From: Ignavibacteria bacterium
GTDB lineage: Bacteria > Bacteroidota > Ignavibacteria > UBA10030 > SZUA-254
DNA: 64,000 bases
Reading direction: 5' to 3'
Assembly (NCBI GenBank): GCA_016178595.1
Contig: JACOSY010000013.1
Coordinates: forward strand, 153,181 to 217,180
Made by a program: the position numbers and the translations under genes. The notes beneath the pieces were generated by a model. The model worked only from the letters and a program-made list of their open reading frames with translations. It made no database searches and was not told the origin of the DNA. Of this stretch, positions 1 through 9,818 are shown one piece after another (the stretch's first letter is position 1; each line of letters opens with the position of its first letter).

Positions 1-346
1 AGTACCCGATATGTTTGCTGATATAGAAACTTGTAGTATCTCTGCGAAGGCTTGCATCGGCCTGGATCAACTTAGATCACGGATGTTATCCAAAGTAATG
101 AAGAACAAAACTTCTCTCACAGATGATGGTAGCATTGTAATCACAAATGCTCGCCAAAGAGAAGCAATAGTAAAGGCAAGGGAACATCTTGAAATAGCTT
201 TGCATGATCTGGAGAATAAACTAAGTGCCGAATATATTGCCATGAGCATTCGCTTGGCAATGGATTGTCTTGGAGATGTAATTGGATTGGTTACATCAGA
301 AGATGTGCTGGATAACATCTTTTCTAGATTCTGCGTTGGCAAATAG
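1..346 (+). CDS. mnmE: tRNA modification GTPase MnmE, C-terminal part (5' end outside window)
   Basis: ITNARQ...LGDVIG...EDVLDNIFSRFCVGK C-terminal signature; directly upstream of mnmG. Confidence 0.95.
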   Translation, partial: VPDMFADIETCSISAKACIGLDQLRSRMLSKVMKNKTSLTDDGSIVITNARQREAIVKAREHLEIALHDLENKLSAEYIAMSIRLAMDCLGDVIGLVTSEDVLDNIFSRFCVGK

Positions 347-360
347 TTTCACGTGAAACA
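345..360. promoter_or_regulatory. parS site
   Basis: AGTTTCACGTGAAACA, 15/16 match to TGTTTCACGTGAAACA, between mnmE and mnmG. Confidence 0.9.
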
Positions 361-364
361 AACA

Positions 365-2281
365 ATGAGTAATTATCCCAAGTACTATGATGTTGTGGTG
401 GTTGGTGGCGGGCATGCGGGAGTAGAAGCATCGCTTGGCGCGGCACGGATGGGTTGTAAGACTGCACTAATCACGACCTCGCAGGAGTCCATTGGCAGGA
501 TGTCCTGCAACCCGGCGATAGGAGGTATAGCAAAAGGGCACTTGGTAAGAGAAATTGATGCTTTGGGAGGAGAAATGGGCAAGATAGCTGATGCGACTGG
601 AATACATTTCCGCCTGTTAAATAAATCAAAAGGCCCTGCGGTATGGTCGCCACGTTCCCAAAATGATCGAAATTGGTATGCTAAAGAAGCACAACAAAGA
701 ATCGGCAGCATACCAGATATTGAGGTGTGTCAAGATTCTGTGATAGATATTTTGACAGTTCAAAATCGGAACATGAAAGTCCACTCGCTTTATGGAATAA
801 TAACCGCTTCTGGCCTACAAATTCGCTGCAAGACTCTCGTTTTATGTGCTGGAACCTTTATGCGAGGTGTTCTACATACTGGCCTTGAAAATCATCCGGG
901 TGGAAGACAGGATGAACATTCCGTAAGCGGTCTTACAGAGAGCTTGGGGAGAATTGGATTCGTGAGCGGACGTTTGAAGACAGGTACCCCTCCCAGAATA
1001 GACCTGCGTAGCATTGATCTAACAAAATTGGAAGAGCAAATAAGCGATTACCCACCACTGCCATTCTCATTCCAGAGTAAAGGTATAACCAACAAGCTTG
1101 TTCCAATGTACTTAACGTATACAACAGAGGAGACACATACAACCCTAGCGAAAGGCTTTGATCGCTCACCTATGTTTTCTGGGAGAATCAAAGGCACTGG
1201 GCCCCGGTATTGCCCATCAATAGAAGATAAGATAGTGAGGTTTTCTGACAAGGCAAGACACCAGATATTCCTTGAACCTGAGGGATATAATACACATATT
1301 GTGTATGTAAATGGCTTCTCAACTAGCCTTCCTGCTGAAATTCAGCTTAATGGACTTAGAAGTGTACCAGGTCTTGAAAGCGTTACGATGCTACGCCCAG
1401 GATATGCAGTCGAATACGACTTCTTCCCGCCGCATCAGTTGAAGCCAACTTTTGAAACAAAGCTCGTCGACGGGCTTTTCTTTGCAGGCCAAATATGCGG
1501 AACCTCCGGATATGAAGAAGCCGCAACACAAGGCATAATGGCTGGAATTAATGCCGCATTAAAGGTGAAGGGCGGTGATCCTTTTATCCTGAAACGTTCA
1601 GAGGCATACGTCGCGGTGCTCATGGACGACCTTATAAGCAAAAGCACAGATGAGCCGTATCGGATGTTCACATCTCGTGCAGAGTATCGCCTTTTACTGA
1701 GGCAAGATAATGCAGACAGAAGACTCATGCCTCATGGATACCGCATGGGACTAATTTCACCTACCATCTATGATCGTTTAAAACTTAAAGAGCGCCTTAT
1801 CAAACAAGGGTTGGAATTCATCAAAGACCAGTTGTTGACACCATCGGGAATAAATTCCTACCTAGAATCAAAAAGCACATCTACAATTATGCAACCGGAG
1901 AAATTCACACAAATTCTTCGCCGACCGGGTGTGAAGCTCCACGAGCTTATAGAACTCGAGGTATTACGAGCAGCAAATTTCATTCACCATTTTCTAAGTT
2001 GTTCCGATAAGAGACTGAGAGCCGAAGTGATCGAGCAGATAGAAATAGAAGTAAAGTATGGCGGGTATATCGAGAGACAAGAAGAGCAAATTGAAAAGTT
2101 TGAAAGATTTGAGAGTCTTGCCATTCCGGTAGATTACAACTTTGATCGAATCAAGGCACTATCAACTGAAGGCAAAGAAAAGCTAAATAAGTTTAGACCA
2201 GCGTCTATCGGACAAGCATCACGGATTAATGGCGTTACTCCTGCCGATATATCAGTGTTGATGGTCCACCTGAAACGGTAA
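365..2281 (+). CDS. mnmG: tRNA uridine-5-carboxymethylaminomethyl(34) synthesis enzyme MnmG (GidA)
   Basis: [49 protein letters not shown]; ATG 365 preferred over GTG 353, which lies inside parS. Confidence 0.98.
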   Translation: MSNYPKYYDVVVVGGGHAGVEASLGAARMGCKTALITTSQESIGRMSCNPAIGGIAKGHLVREIDALGGEMGKIADATGIHFRLLNKSKGPAVWSPRSQNDRNWYAKEAQQRIGSIPDIEVCQDSVIDILTVQNRNMKVHSLYGIITASGLQIRCKTLVLCAGTFMRGVLHTGLENHPGGRQDEHSVSGLTESLGRIGFVSGRLKTGTPPRIDLRSIDLTKLEEQISDYPPLPFSFQSKGITNKLVPMYLTYTTEETHTTLAKGFDRSPMFSGRIKGTGPRYCPSIEDKIVRFSDKARHQIFLEPEGYNTHIVYVNGFSTSLPAEIQLNGLRSVPGLESVTMLRPGYAVEYDFFPPHQLKPTFETKLVDGLFFAGQICGTSGYEEAATQGIMAGINAALKVKGGDPFILKRSEAYVAVLMDDLISKSTDEPYRMFTSRAEYRLLLRQDNADRRLMPHGYRMGLISPTIYDRLKLKERLIKQGLEFIKDQLLTPSGINSYLESKSTSTIMQPEKFTQILRRPGVKLHELIELEVLRAANFIHHFLSCSDKRLRAEVIEQIEIEVKYGGYIERQEEQIEKFERFESLAIPVDYNFDRIKALSTEGKEKLNKFRPASIGQASRINGVTPADISVLMVHLKR

Positions 2282-2282
2282 G

Positions 2283-2298
2283 CGTTCCACGTGGAATT
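2283..2298. promoter_or_regulatory. parS-like site
   Basis: CGTTCCACGTGGAATT, 13/16 to TGTTCCACGTGGAACA with an intact palindromic core, just after the mnmG stop. Confidence 0.7.
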
Positions 2299-2330
2299 AG
2301 CGCAATTAAAAGCTTTATAATCATATATTT

Positions 2331-3074
2331 ATGAGATCAGCATCACCCAACTATATAGATGAGACTTTATGGTTTAGGAATATCTGTCGGATGAACAACT
2401 TCTCGGTTTCTGACGCACAGCTTGACCTCATCAAAGAGTATGTCAGCCACCTGATAGACTGGAATGCAAAACTTAATCTCATCTCACGCAAAGACGAACA
2501 TAACATTTGGAGTCGCCATATCCTTGGCTCGGTGGGCTTTCTTTTCAAATACCGGTTTGCGCAGAACGCATTAGTGGCAGATGTAGGAACGGGCGGAGGC
2601 CTTCCCGGCATTCCCATAGCAATTCTCTGTGCAGATCTTAACCTCGTGCTGATTGATTCCATCCATAAAAAGGTCCGCGCAGTATCAGATATTCTCCAGA
2701 AGCTTCAACTTAGAAATGCCCGAGCCGTAACGGGGCGCGCAGAGCAACTTGCAATACAGAAGGATTTTACACACACATTCGACTACGTGATAGCCCGCGC
2801 GGTAGCACCAGTAAAAGATATCCTCGGATGGACGAAGCACTTCCTTAATTGCCATGACCAAAAGACAATAGCACACACAGGGATTGATGAACAGCCGAGC
2901 ATTATTCCTTGTGCATCCGTGGTCATGTTGAAAGGCGGAGATCTCGTTCAGGAGATTGAAGAGGTGAAGGTGAAAAGCAAGCCTCGAGCTGTAACAATCC
3001 ATTCGATTATTGTTAACGGGCTTGAATCAACAGCGGATCTATCCGATAAAAAGCTTATCATTGTTCAGCCGTGA
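2331..3074 (+). CDS. rsmG: 16S rRNA m7G527 methyltransferase RsmG (GidB)
   Basis: WNAKLNLIS, DVGTGGGLPGIPIAI, RAE, ARAVA, LKG motifs; follows mnmG. Confidence 0.95.
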   Translation: MRSASPNYIDETLWFRNICRMNNFSVSDAQLDLIKEYVSHLIDWNAKLNLISRKDEHNIWSRHILGSVGFLFKYRFAQNALVADVGTGGGLPGIPIAILCADLNLVLIDSIHKKVRAVSDILQKLQLRNARAVTGRAEQLAIQKDFTHTFDYVIARAVAPVKDILGWTKHFLNCHDQKTIAHTGIDEQPSIIPCASVVMLKGGDLVQEIEEVKVKSKPRAVTIHSIIVNGLESTADLSDKKLIIVQP

Positions 3075-3083
3075 TTATATTTT

Positions 3084-4040
3084 ATGCATGACAACCAAGC
3101 TCTTTTCGATCAATTGAAGAATCTTACCACTGAGCAGCGAAATATTCGCAGCTCGAGCATAGATTCTTTGAGTGTGACTGCAATCTTGAAGATCATAAGT
3201 CGTGAAGATCGCATTGTTCCGATTGCGGTTGGATGGGAAATTTCCTCCATCGCGAAAGCAGTAGAACTCATTGTTGCCTCATTCAGAAATGGTGGAAGGT
3301 TACTTTACGTCGGTGCAGGAACAAGTGGTCGGCTTGGTATACTTGACGCAGCTGAATGCCCTCCCACGTATGGAACCGACCCTAAAATGATTCAAGGAAT
3401 CATTGCCGGCGGAAAGAAGGCTGTATTTCGCACACAGGAAGGAGCGGAGGACAAAGCAGGCGATGGCGCCCGACAGATACGAGCGAAGCACGTGTCAAGC
3501 AGGGATGTCGTTTGTGGGATTGCAGCGAGCTTGCGCACACCCTTTGTCGCCGCGGCAATTCGGGAAGCAAAGAGACGGGGCGCGAAGACACTCTACGTCA
3601 CGACGAATCCACGCGATGTTCTCCGAAGAACTTCATTCGCTGATTTGCGCAAAAGCATTGATGTTGCAATTTGCATCGATGTCCGACCAGAAGTCATTAT
3701 GGGATCAACACGCATGAAAGCTGGCACTGCTCAAAAACTCGTGTTAAACATGCTCACGACCGCATCTATGATCCGGCTGGGCAAAGTCTATGAAAATATG
3801 ATGATCGATCTCAAAATGACAAGCCGAAAACTCGAAGAACGTGCTAAACGAATCCTGATGATTGCAACAGGAGCTGACTACGATACCGCAGCTAGCACGC
3901 TTCGTGCCGCTCGCGGTCACGTGAAAACGGCAATTGTGATGATCAAAACAAATGTTTCAGCAGAAAAAGCACAGGCACGACTTGAGCGTGCGCAAGGATT
4001 TGTCAGGCTTGCAATCGCCAATAAGAAGAGATCTCGATGA
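3084..4040 (+). CDS. murQ: N-acetylmuramic acid 6-phosphate etherase
   Basis: TTEQRN, YVGAGTSGRLGILDAAECPPTYG, GSTRMKAGTAQKLVLNM. Confidence 0.95.
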   Translation: MHDNQALFDQLKNLTTEQRNIRSSSIDSLSVTAILKIISREDRIVPIAVGWEISSIAKAVELIVASFRNGGRLLYVGAGTSGRLGILDAAECPPTYGTDPKMIQGIIAGGKKAVFRTQEGAEDKAGDGARQIRAKHVSSRDVVCGIAASLRTPFVAAAIREAKRRGAKTLYVTTNPRDVLRRTSFADLRKSIDVAICIDVRPEVIMGSTRMKAGTAQKLVLNMLTTASMIRLGKVYENMMIDLKMTSRKLEERAKRILMIATGADYDTAASTLRAARGHVKTAIVMIKTNVSAEKAQARLERAQGFVRLAIANKKRSR

Positions 4041-4744
4041 GACCGGAATTGGTGCTTGATGCAGACATCTACCCACCCTTCAATGGTTTTTCAAAGGAGG
4101 GACTACAATTTCTTCGCCGACTGAAACGCAACAATAACAGAGACTGGTTTGCGAAACACAAGTCTGAATACGAGAATTTCGTCAAGTTGCCGATGCAGTG
4201 CTTCAGCGCTACACTCAAAGCACCGATGGCGAAACTTGCTCCTGAGATCGACGTCAATCCTAAGCGTGGGATATTCCGCATTTATCGCGACACACGATTC
4301 AGCAAGGACAAGACTCCCTACAAGACACATGTTGCGGCTGTTTTTCATCTGAGAGGTCACTGGGAAGCGAGTGCCGGTTACTACGTTCACATTGAACCGG
4401 GCAACGTCTACGTTGGTGGGGGCATCTACATGCCCGATGGACACCAACTGAAAAAGCTCCGGAGCGCAATAGCAGAACGCTCAGACGAATTCCTCTCGAT
4501 TGTGGAGAGGAAATCATTCGAGAAACTTTTCCGCGGTCTTGAAGGAGAAAAACTCCAGCGCGCACCGCTCGGATACCCAGCCGATCATCCAATGGTCGAG
4601 TGGCTGAAGCACAAGTCGTTCTACACGGGAGTTACATGGGAAGAAAAGACCTGCCATTCCCCGAAGTTTGTCGATCGAGTCGTCCGCATTTACTCGGACC
4701 TCCTTCCACTCATACGCTTCTTGAACAGTGCGCTTGGGAAGTAG
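4037..4744 (+). CDS. DUF2461 / TIGR02453 family protein
   Basis: NNNRDWF...FRIYRDTRFSKDKTPYKTH motif. Confidence 0.88.
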   Translation: MRPELVLDADIYPPFNGFSKEGLQFLRRLKRNNNRDWFAKHKSEYENFVKLPMQCFSATLKAPMAKLAPEIDVNPKRGIFRIYRDTRFSKDKTPYKTHVAAVFHLRGHWEASAGYYVHIEPGNVYVGGGIYMPDGHQLKKLRSAIAERSDEFLSIVERKSFEKLFRGLEGEKLQRAPLGYPADHPMVEWLKHKSFYTGVTWEEKTCHSPKFVDRVVRIYSDLLPLIRFLNSALGK

Positions 4745-4814
4745 CGGCAAGGAGTGCAGTATCACACATCCAATTTTGGGAGTGGAATTCAGTTCATCGT
4801 CAAAGCTGGATTAA

Positions 4815-5990
4815 TCAGAGAACACGCGACACATGCTCTACGAGCCGACTCACGCCACGCCGAAAGATTTCCTCCTCAACAAGTAAGCTCACGACCAGCA
4901 TTCCCTCCTCCAGATCGAAGAAGTAACCGGGGTAAACGTACACACCCGCCTCCTCAAGAAATTGTAACGCCCACTCTTCATCCGTATTCACTCTTGGAAG
5001 ACGAACGATTCCGTACCACCCACCTTCACAATCGAGCAACGAACAGGAAGGAACATTGCGAACCGCCAGTTGCAGGACGCGCCAATTTTTCCTTATCCGC
5101 GCAAGAATATTTTCACTAATACCTTTACCTGTGCGAAGAAATTTGGGCAGCGCAAATTGAACGGGAGTATTCACCGATAGGAATGTATCACAAAGAATAT
5201 CGAGTCTCTCGTTAGCTTCTCTTAGCAACCGCTGCTCACCACTGACGATCATCCACCCAAGTTTCATTTGTGGAAGCCCGGCCATTTTCGAAATACCGCT
5301 GAGCGTAAAAGTAAGCACATCGGGTGAAGCCGCAGTCGTTACGATCCGGCCGGCATCTTCGCTAAAGCCATACTCTGAAAACACTTCATCCACAATGAGC
5401 GCGAGATTGTGGTCTCGTGCGATTGCTTTCGCCTCAGCGTATTCGCTCTTCTTGAGAAACATTCCTGTAGGATTATGAGGATGGATGAGCATGATCGCTC
5501 TTGTCGATTCAGTAATACCCTCTCGAATGGAATTCTTGTCGATGTGCCAGCCGTGATCGTAGGAGAGCCGGTAATGCTGGAGCGCGACGTCATTTATTTG
5601 TGCCAGGTACTCAAAGAGAGGATAGGATGGACGAGGGACAAGAACATGCTCACCCGAATTGCAGAGAAGTTTGAAGATGTAGGAGTACGCTTCGCTTGTG
5701 CTTGCTGTCAGGAAGATATTGGATGAATCGAGTTCGACATTCTTCGTTTGGTAATATTTCACAACCGCTTCGCGAGCGGAGAGAAGTCCGCGCGGGTCAG
5801 GACTGTAGCGAAGTACCGCCGGATCCGATAGTGCTGAGAGGATTTCTTTTTGTGGATATGCCAGGCTGCATTCTGTGGGATTGGAGATCGTAAGATCGAA
5901 GATCGGCTTTCCCTGCCGCTGCCGTTCCTCGAGCAGTTTTGCGAGGCGGTTGCGTTGGCGCGGCCAGGATGTGCGAGAGGAGAAGCTCAA
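4815..5990 (-). CDS. PLP-dependent aminotransferase class I/II
   Basis: HPHNPTG, LIVDEVF, SGISKMAGLPQMKLGW (PLP lysine). Confidence 0.9.
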   Translation of the reverse strand: MSFSSRTSWPRQRNRLAKLLEERQRQGKPIFDLTISNPTECSLAYPQKEILSALSDPAVLRYSPDPRGLLSAREAVVKYYQTKNVELDSSNIFLTASTSEAYSYIFKLLCNSGEHVLVPRPSYPLFEYLAQINDVALQHYRLSYDHGWHIDKNSIREGITESTRAIMLIHPHNPTGMFLKKSEYAEAKAIARDHNLALIVDEVFSEYGFSEDAGRIVTTAASPDVLTFTLSGISKMAGLPQMKLGWMIVSGEQRLLREANERLDILCDTFLSVNTPVQFALPKFLRTGKGISENILARIRKNWRVLQLAVRNVPSCSLLDCEGGWYGIVRLPRVNTDEEWALQFLEEAGVYVYPGYFFDLEEGMLVVSLLVEEEIFRRGVSRLVEHVSRVL

Positions 5991-6066
5991 GGCAAAAGGA
6001 AAAATTCAAAAAATATAAAATAATGCCTCCGTTACAACAAGCATTTTTTTAATTTTGCATTTTTAA
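5989..6066. repeat. AT-rich inverted heptamer-type repeat element
   Basis: A-rich arm (AAGGCAAAAGGAAAAATTCAAAAAATATAAAA) and T-rich arm (TTTTTTTAATTTTGCATTTTTAATT) in an otherwise GC-richer region; overlaps the typA stop. Confidence 0.5.
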
Positions 6067-7916
6067 TTGATCTCCACGGCGTCTGCCTTCTTCTTCGACA
6101 TCCTCGTGCGCTCATTGTGGTCCAGGTACCGCTTGCGAAGGCGCAATGATTTCGGCGTGACTTCGATATACTCGTCGTCGCTGATCCACTCAATTGCCTG
6201 CTCGAGAGTGTGAAGCTTCGGCGGCTCAAGGCGGATCGCTTCATCGGCGCCGCTGGCGCGCATGTTGGTCAGCTGTTTTGTTTTGCAGACGTTGACGATG
6301 ATGTCTTCCTCACGCGAATTCTCACCAACCACCATTCCCTTATACACTCTCGTTGTCGGCTCGATAAAAAATGTCATCCGCTCCTGCAGTTTCCACATCG
6401 CGTATGCCGTTGCCTGGCCGTCTTCGAGCTGAATGACCGCGCCTTTGTTCCGCGTCGACAGATCTCCCTTGTATGGCTCGTAACCGTGGAAATTATGGTG
6501 GAGTATGCCGGTTCCTTTTGTTTCCGTCATGAATTCCGAACGGAAGCCAAGGAGTCCGCGTGCAGGTACGATGAACTCCAGCCGCGTATTGCCCTGCGAC
6601 TGGATCATGTTTTTCATAATGCCTTTCCGCGCACCGAGGTTCTGGATGACCGTCCCGGAAAATTCATCCGGCACGTCGACGATAACGTGTTCCATCGGCT
6701 CGGAGAGCACATCGGCAATCCGCTTGTAGATGACTTCCGGCGCGGAGACCTGGAACTCGTATCCTTCACGGCGCATTGTCTCGATGAGAATGCCAAGGTG
6801 TAATTCACCACGCCCGCTTACTTTGAAAACGTCGGGACTATCCGTCAGTTCAACGCGGAGACTCACATTCGAACGAAGCTCACGGGCAAGCCGCTCGCCC
6901 AGGTTGCGCGTCGTGACATATTTTCCTTCTTGCCCGGCGAACGGGGAATTGTTCACGACAAAGTTCATCGAGAGCGTTGGCTCTTCAATAGTAACGAAGT
7001 GAAGCGGTCTTGGATCTGCCGCATCGGCGATCGTTTCGCCGATATCGACATCTTCCATTCCCGCAATTGCAATTATATCACCGGCCGAGGCTTCCTGAAC
7101 TTCACGACGCTTCAAGCCTTCGAACGTATAAATTTTTGTCACGCGGGCATCTTCGACAACGCCATCCCGATGGATGATTTTCATCTGCGAACCCATGTGG
7201 ATATTGCCGCGCTCAATCCGACCGATTCCTAATCGACCGAGATAATCGTTGTAATCGATCGTCGTGACGAGCATCTGAAATGGCAGGATGGTATCTCCGG
7301 GCGGCCCCGGAACCTTGCCGATGATCGCGCGGAAGAGCGGCTCGAGGTTCTTTCCTTCTTGTTCCAGCTCGTCCTTCGCAATTCCCTGTTTTGCGATGCA
7401 GTAAATTGTGGGGAAGTCGAGCTGCTGGTTGTTTGCGCCAAGGGAGAGGAAAAGCTCGAAGACTTCATCGAGCACCTCGTGCGGTCGCGCATCCTTTCGA
7501 TCGATTTTATTGATGACAACAATTGGCTGGAGATTCAATTCGAGAGACTTTTTCAAAACGAATTTCGTTCCGGGAAGCGGCCCTTCCGCTGCATCCACCA
7601 GAAGCAATACGCCATCGACCATCTTGAGCGTCCGTTCAACTTCACCGGCGAAGTCGGAGTGACCAGGTGTATCGACGATGTTAATCTTGTATGTCTCATG
7701 GCTTGCCGCATCGGTATAGAACACGGCAGTGTTCTTGGCGAGGATAGTAATACCGCGCTCGCGTTCAAGCTCGTTCGAGTCCATTACACGTTTGACCATC
7801 TCCTGATTCTCGCGGAAGGTGCCTGTCTGGCGAAGCATATAGTCGACCAGCGTCGTCTTGCCGTGATCAACGTGTGCGATGATGGCGATATTGCGTATGT
7901 CGTTTCGTCGTTGCAT
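6063..7916 (-). CDS. typA: Translational GTPase TypA/BipA
   Basis: IRNIAIIAHVDHGKTTLVD, ERERGITILAK, GRGELHL, EVTPKSLRLRK; start at ATG 7916 because the upstream in-frame extension is REP-derived. Confidence 0.97.
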   Translation of the reverse strand: MQRRNDIRNIAIIAHVDHGKTTLVDYMLRQTGTFRENQEMVKRVMDSNELERERGITILAKNTAVFYTDAASHETYKINIVDTPGHSDFAGEVERTLKMVDGVLLLVDAAEGPLPGTKFVLKKSLELNLQPIVVINKIDRKDARPHEVLDEVFELFLSLGANNQQLDFPTIYCIAKQGIAKDELEQEGKNLEPLFRAIIGKVPGPPGDTILPFQMLVTTIDYNDYLGRLGIGRIERGNIHMGSQMKIIHRDGVVEDARVTKIYTFEGLKRREVQEASAGDIIAIAGMEDVDIGETIADAADPRPLHFVTIEEPTLSMNFVVNNSPFAGQEGKYVTTRNLGERLARELRSNVSLRVELTDSPDVFKVSGRGELHLGILIETMRREGYEFQVSAPEVIYKRIADVLSEPMEHVIVDVPDEFSGTVIQNLGARKGIMKNMIQSQGNTRLEFIVPARGLLGFRSEFMTETKGTGILHHNFHGYEPYKGDLSTRNKGAVIQLEDGQATAYAMWKLQERMTFFIEPTTRVYKGMVVGENSREEDIIVNVCKTKQLTNMRASGADEAIRLEPPKLHTLEQAIEWISDDEYIEVTPKSLRLRKRYLDHNERTRMSKKKADAVEIN

Positions 7917-7934
7917 TGGTTCCACATCCTTCCG

Positions 7935-8041
7935 GTTGTCACCCTGAGCGAAGCGAGGGGTCTCTCTCAATCAACAAAGTGCCACTCGATGAAAAAGGAG
8001 ATTCTTCTCCCGTCAAAGAGCGGCGGGATCAGAATGACAAC
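7935..8041. repeat. TGTCA-type REP-like element
   Basis: GTTGTCACCCTGAGCGAAGCGAGGGGTCTC ... GAGATTCTTC...CAGAATGACAAC with terminal inverted repeat GTTGTCA/TGACAAC. Confidence 0.75.
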
Positions 8042-8171
8042 GCTTCATGAGAACAAAAACGCCTCAAGCTTCGAAATTCGCAAGAGGCGTCTAACAATTA
8101 TTACTCTAAGATACGAAACCTATCTCAGAGTTCCAAACCGATGACAATGGCAGCAACAAGACGTGGGCTAA

Positions 8172-8597
8172 TTAGTCTTGCGGCACGTTGTTGCAGTACT
8201 TGTCGAATGCGTCGGTGAGCATTGCGGCAACTTCCTCGGGTCCGCGGATCTCGATATCGGATCGATGAATCATGTGAACGAGCTTGCCATCGCGCAAGAG
8301 CGCGAATGACGGCGATGACGGCGGCATGTTGGTAAAGTACGATCGTGCCTGCATCGTCGCTTCACGGTCGCCGCTGGCAAATACCGTTGCAATGACATTA
8401 GGTTTCACCGCATGTCTCATTGCCAGTCCGAGTGCCGGGCGGGCAACGCCGCCGGCGCACCCGCAAACAGAGTTCACAAAGACGAGGGTGGTACCTTTAT
8501 GTGTAAGCGTTGCGTCGACTTCTTCGGAGGTGTGCAACTCTTGCACACCGAGCTTTGTCACCTCATTCTTGATCTGCTGCATCAAAATGTCGTACAT
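8172..8597 (-). CDS. BrxA/BrxB family bacilliredoxin
   Basis: VNSVCGCAGGVARP (CGC motif), TVFASGDREAT, PPSSPSFAL. Confidence 0.92.
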   Translation of the reverse strand: MYDILMQQIKNEVTKLGVQELHTSEEVDATLTHKGTTLVFVNSVCGCAGGVARPALGLAMRHAVKPNVIATVFASGDREATMQARSYFTNMPPSSPSFALLRDGKLVHMIHRSDIEIRGPEEVAAMLTDAFDKYCNNVPQD

Positions 8598-8766
8598 AGC
8601 TTTCGCTCCATATCGTGGAAGGACAAATTCAGTATGATCTAAGTAAATATACGAAAATTTTTGGGAAGAGAAAAGACGCTTCAGAATATACGGCGATGAA
8701 CTACCGCAAGAGTTTTGTATATTTATGCCGATCAGGTCTTAATAATTCACAAGGAATAAGGAGAGA

Positions 8767-9438
8767 ATGCAGCCGACTCAAAAACCTCGCATCAAGATTT
8801 GCTGCATCGGCAGTATCGAAGAAGCCAACATGGCAATTCGCTATGGCGCATCCGCACTCGGACTTGTCTCTGCGATGCCGAGCGGGCCGGGACCAATTCC
8901 CGAAGAGCGTATCGTGGAAATCGCGGAAAAGATTCCCCCGGGCGTCGCATCCTTCCTTCTCACGTGTAAACAAGAAGCGGAATCCATCATCAATCAGCAG
9001 CGCAGTTGCCGGACAAGCACGCTGCAACTTGTCGATGCCGTTTCCATCGACACGTACAAGCGACTTCGCGATGCTCTTCCCGGCATTTCCATCGTGCAAG
9101 TCATTCACGTTCTTGGAGAGGAAGCAATGGACGAAGCAACGAGCGTTGCATCGTATGTCAATGCCATCCTTCTCGATTCCGGTAACCCGCGCATGGCGGT
9201 GAAAGAACTTGGCGGTACGGGTCGCAAGCACGACTGGTCGATCAGCCGAAGAATCCGCGAGGCGGTGAATGTGCCGATCTTCCTCGCCGGTGGTCTGAAG
9301 CCTGAGAATGTGCGAGAGGCGATCGAACGTGTCAGCCCGTTCGGTCTGGATGTGTGCAGCGGCGTTCGAACGGATGGCAAACTGGATGAAACAAAACTCG
9401 CGGAGTTCTTTCGGCAAGTTGAGATGTCTGGCCTTTGA
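8767..9438 (+). CDS. trpF: Phosphoribosylanthranilate isomerase
   Basis: IKICCI, LLDSG...GGTGRKHDW, LAGGLKPENV, LDVCSGV; not in a trp operon. Confidence 0.85.
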   Translation: MQPTQKPRIKICCIGSIEEANMAIRYGASALGLVSAMPSGPGPIPEERIVEIAEKIPPGVASFLLTCKQEAESIINQQRSCRTSTLQLVDAVSIDTYKRLRDALPGISIVQVIHVLGEEAMDEATSVASYVNAILLDSGNPRMAVKELGGTGRKHDWSISRRIREAVNVPIFLAGGLKPENVREAIERVSPFGLDVCSGVRTDGKLDETKLAEFFRQVEMSGL

Positions 9439-9485
9439 CCCACAGCAGACAATGTCGCGAGAGATCGCTTCTTTAGAATCACAAA

Positions 9486-9630
9486 CTCGCTCCCAAGCTC
9501 TGTGCCGCCACGTCCGAAGGACCCCTTCGGGGAAATGGTCCCTTCGGGAAAGGCATCCCTTTGGGACTTGGGAGCGGATCGCATGTAACCCCTAGTTCAC
9601 CAGCCTTCCCAACCAGAGGTTGGGAACGAG
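9486..9630. repeat. Composite REP-like element with nested hairpin insert
   Basis: CTCGCTCCCAAG...CTTGGGAGCG and TTCCCAACCAGAGGTTGGGAACGAG; interior carries CCGAAGGACCCCTTCGG, CCCTTCGGG and TCCCTTTGGGA hairpins. Confidence 0.7.
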
Positions 9631-9671
9631 CCTGCAATTTCAACTAACGGTAGTGCATCAGTTTGATCTCA

Positions 9672-9699
9672 GTAGGTCAGACAGGAATGTCTGACCTAC
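9672..9699. repeat. GTAG-type REP palindrome
   Basis: GTAGGTCAGACA-GGAA-TGTCTGACCTAC, perfect 12-bp stem starting with GTAG. Confidence 0.75.
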
Positions 9700-9818
9700 C
9701 GAAAGATTTTTACTAAATTGAGCCACTACCCAACTAACATATCTTTACGAAATTTCTTATATTATATTCACACATGCAGGCGACGATACGTATTGTCGCC
9801 TTCTTCTTATAGGAAGCC

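Noticed and set aside
7917-7970. N-terminal extension MRETPRFAQGDN of TypA
   Set aside because: It is the translation of the TGTCA-type repeat, not part of the protein
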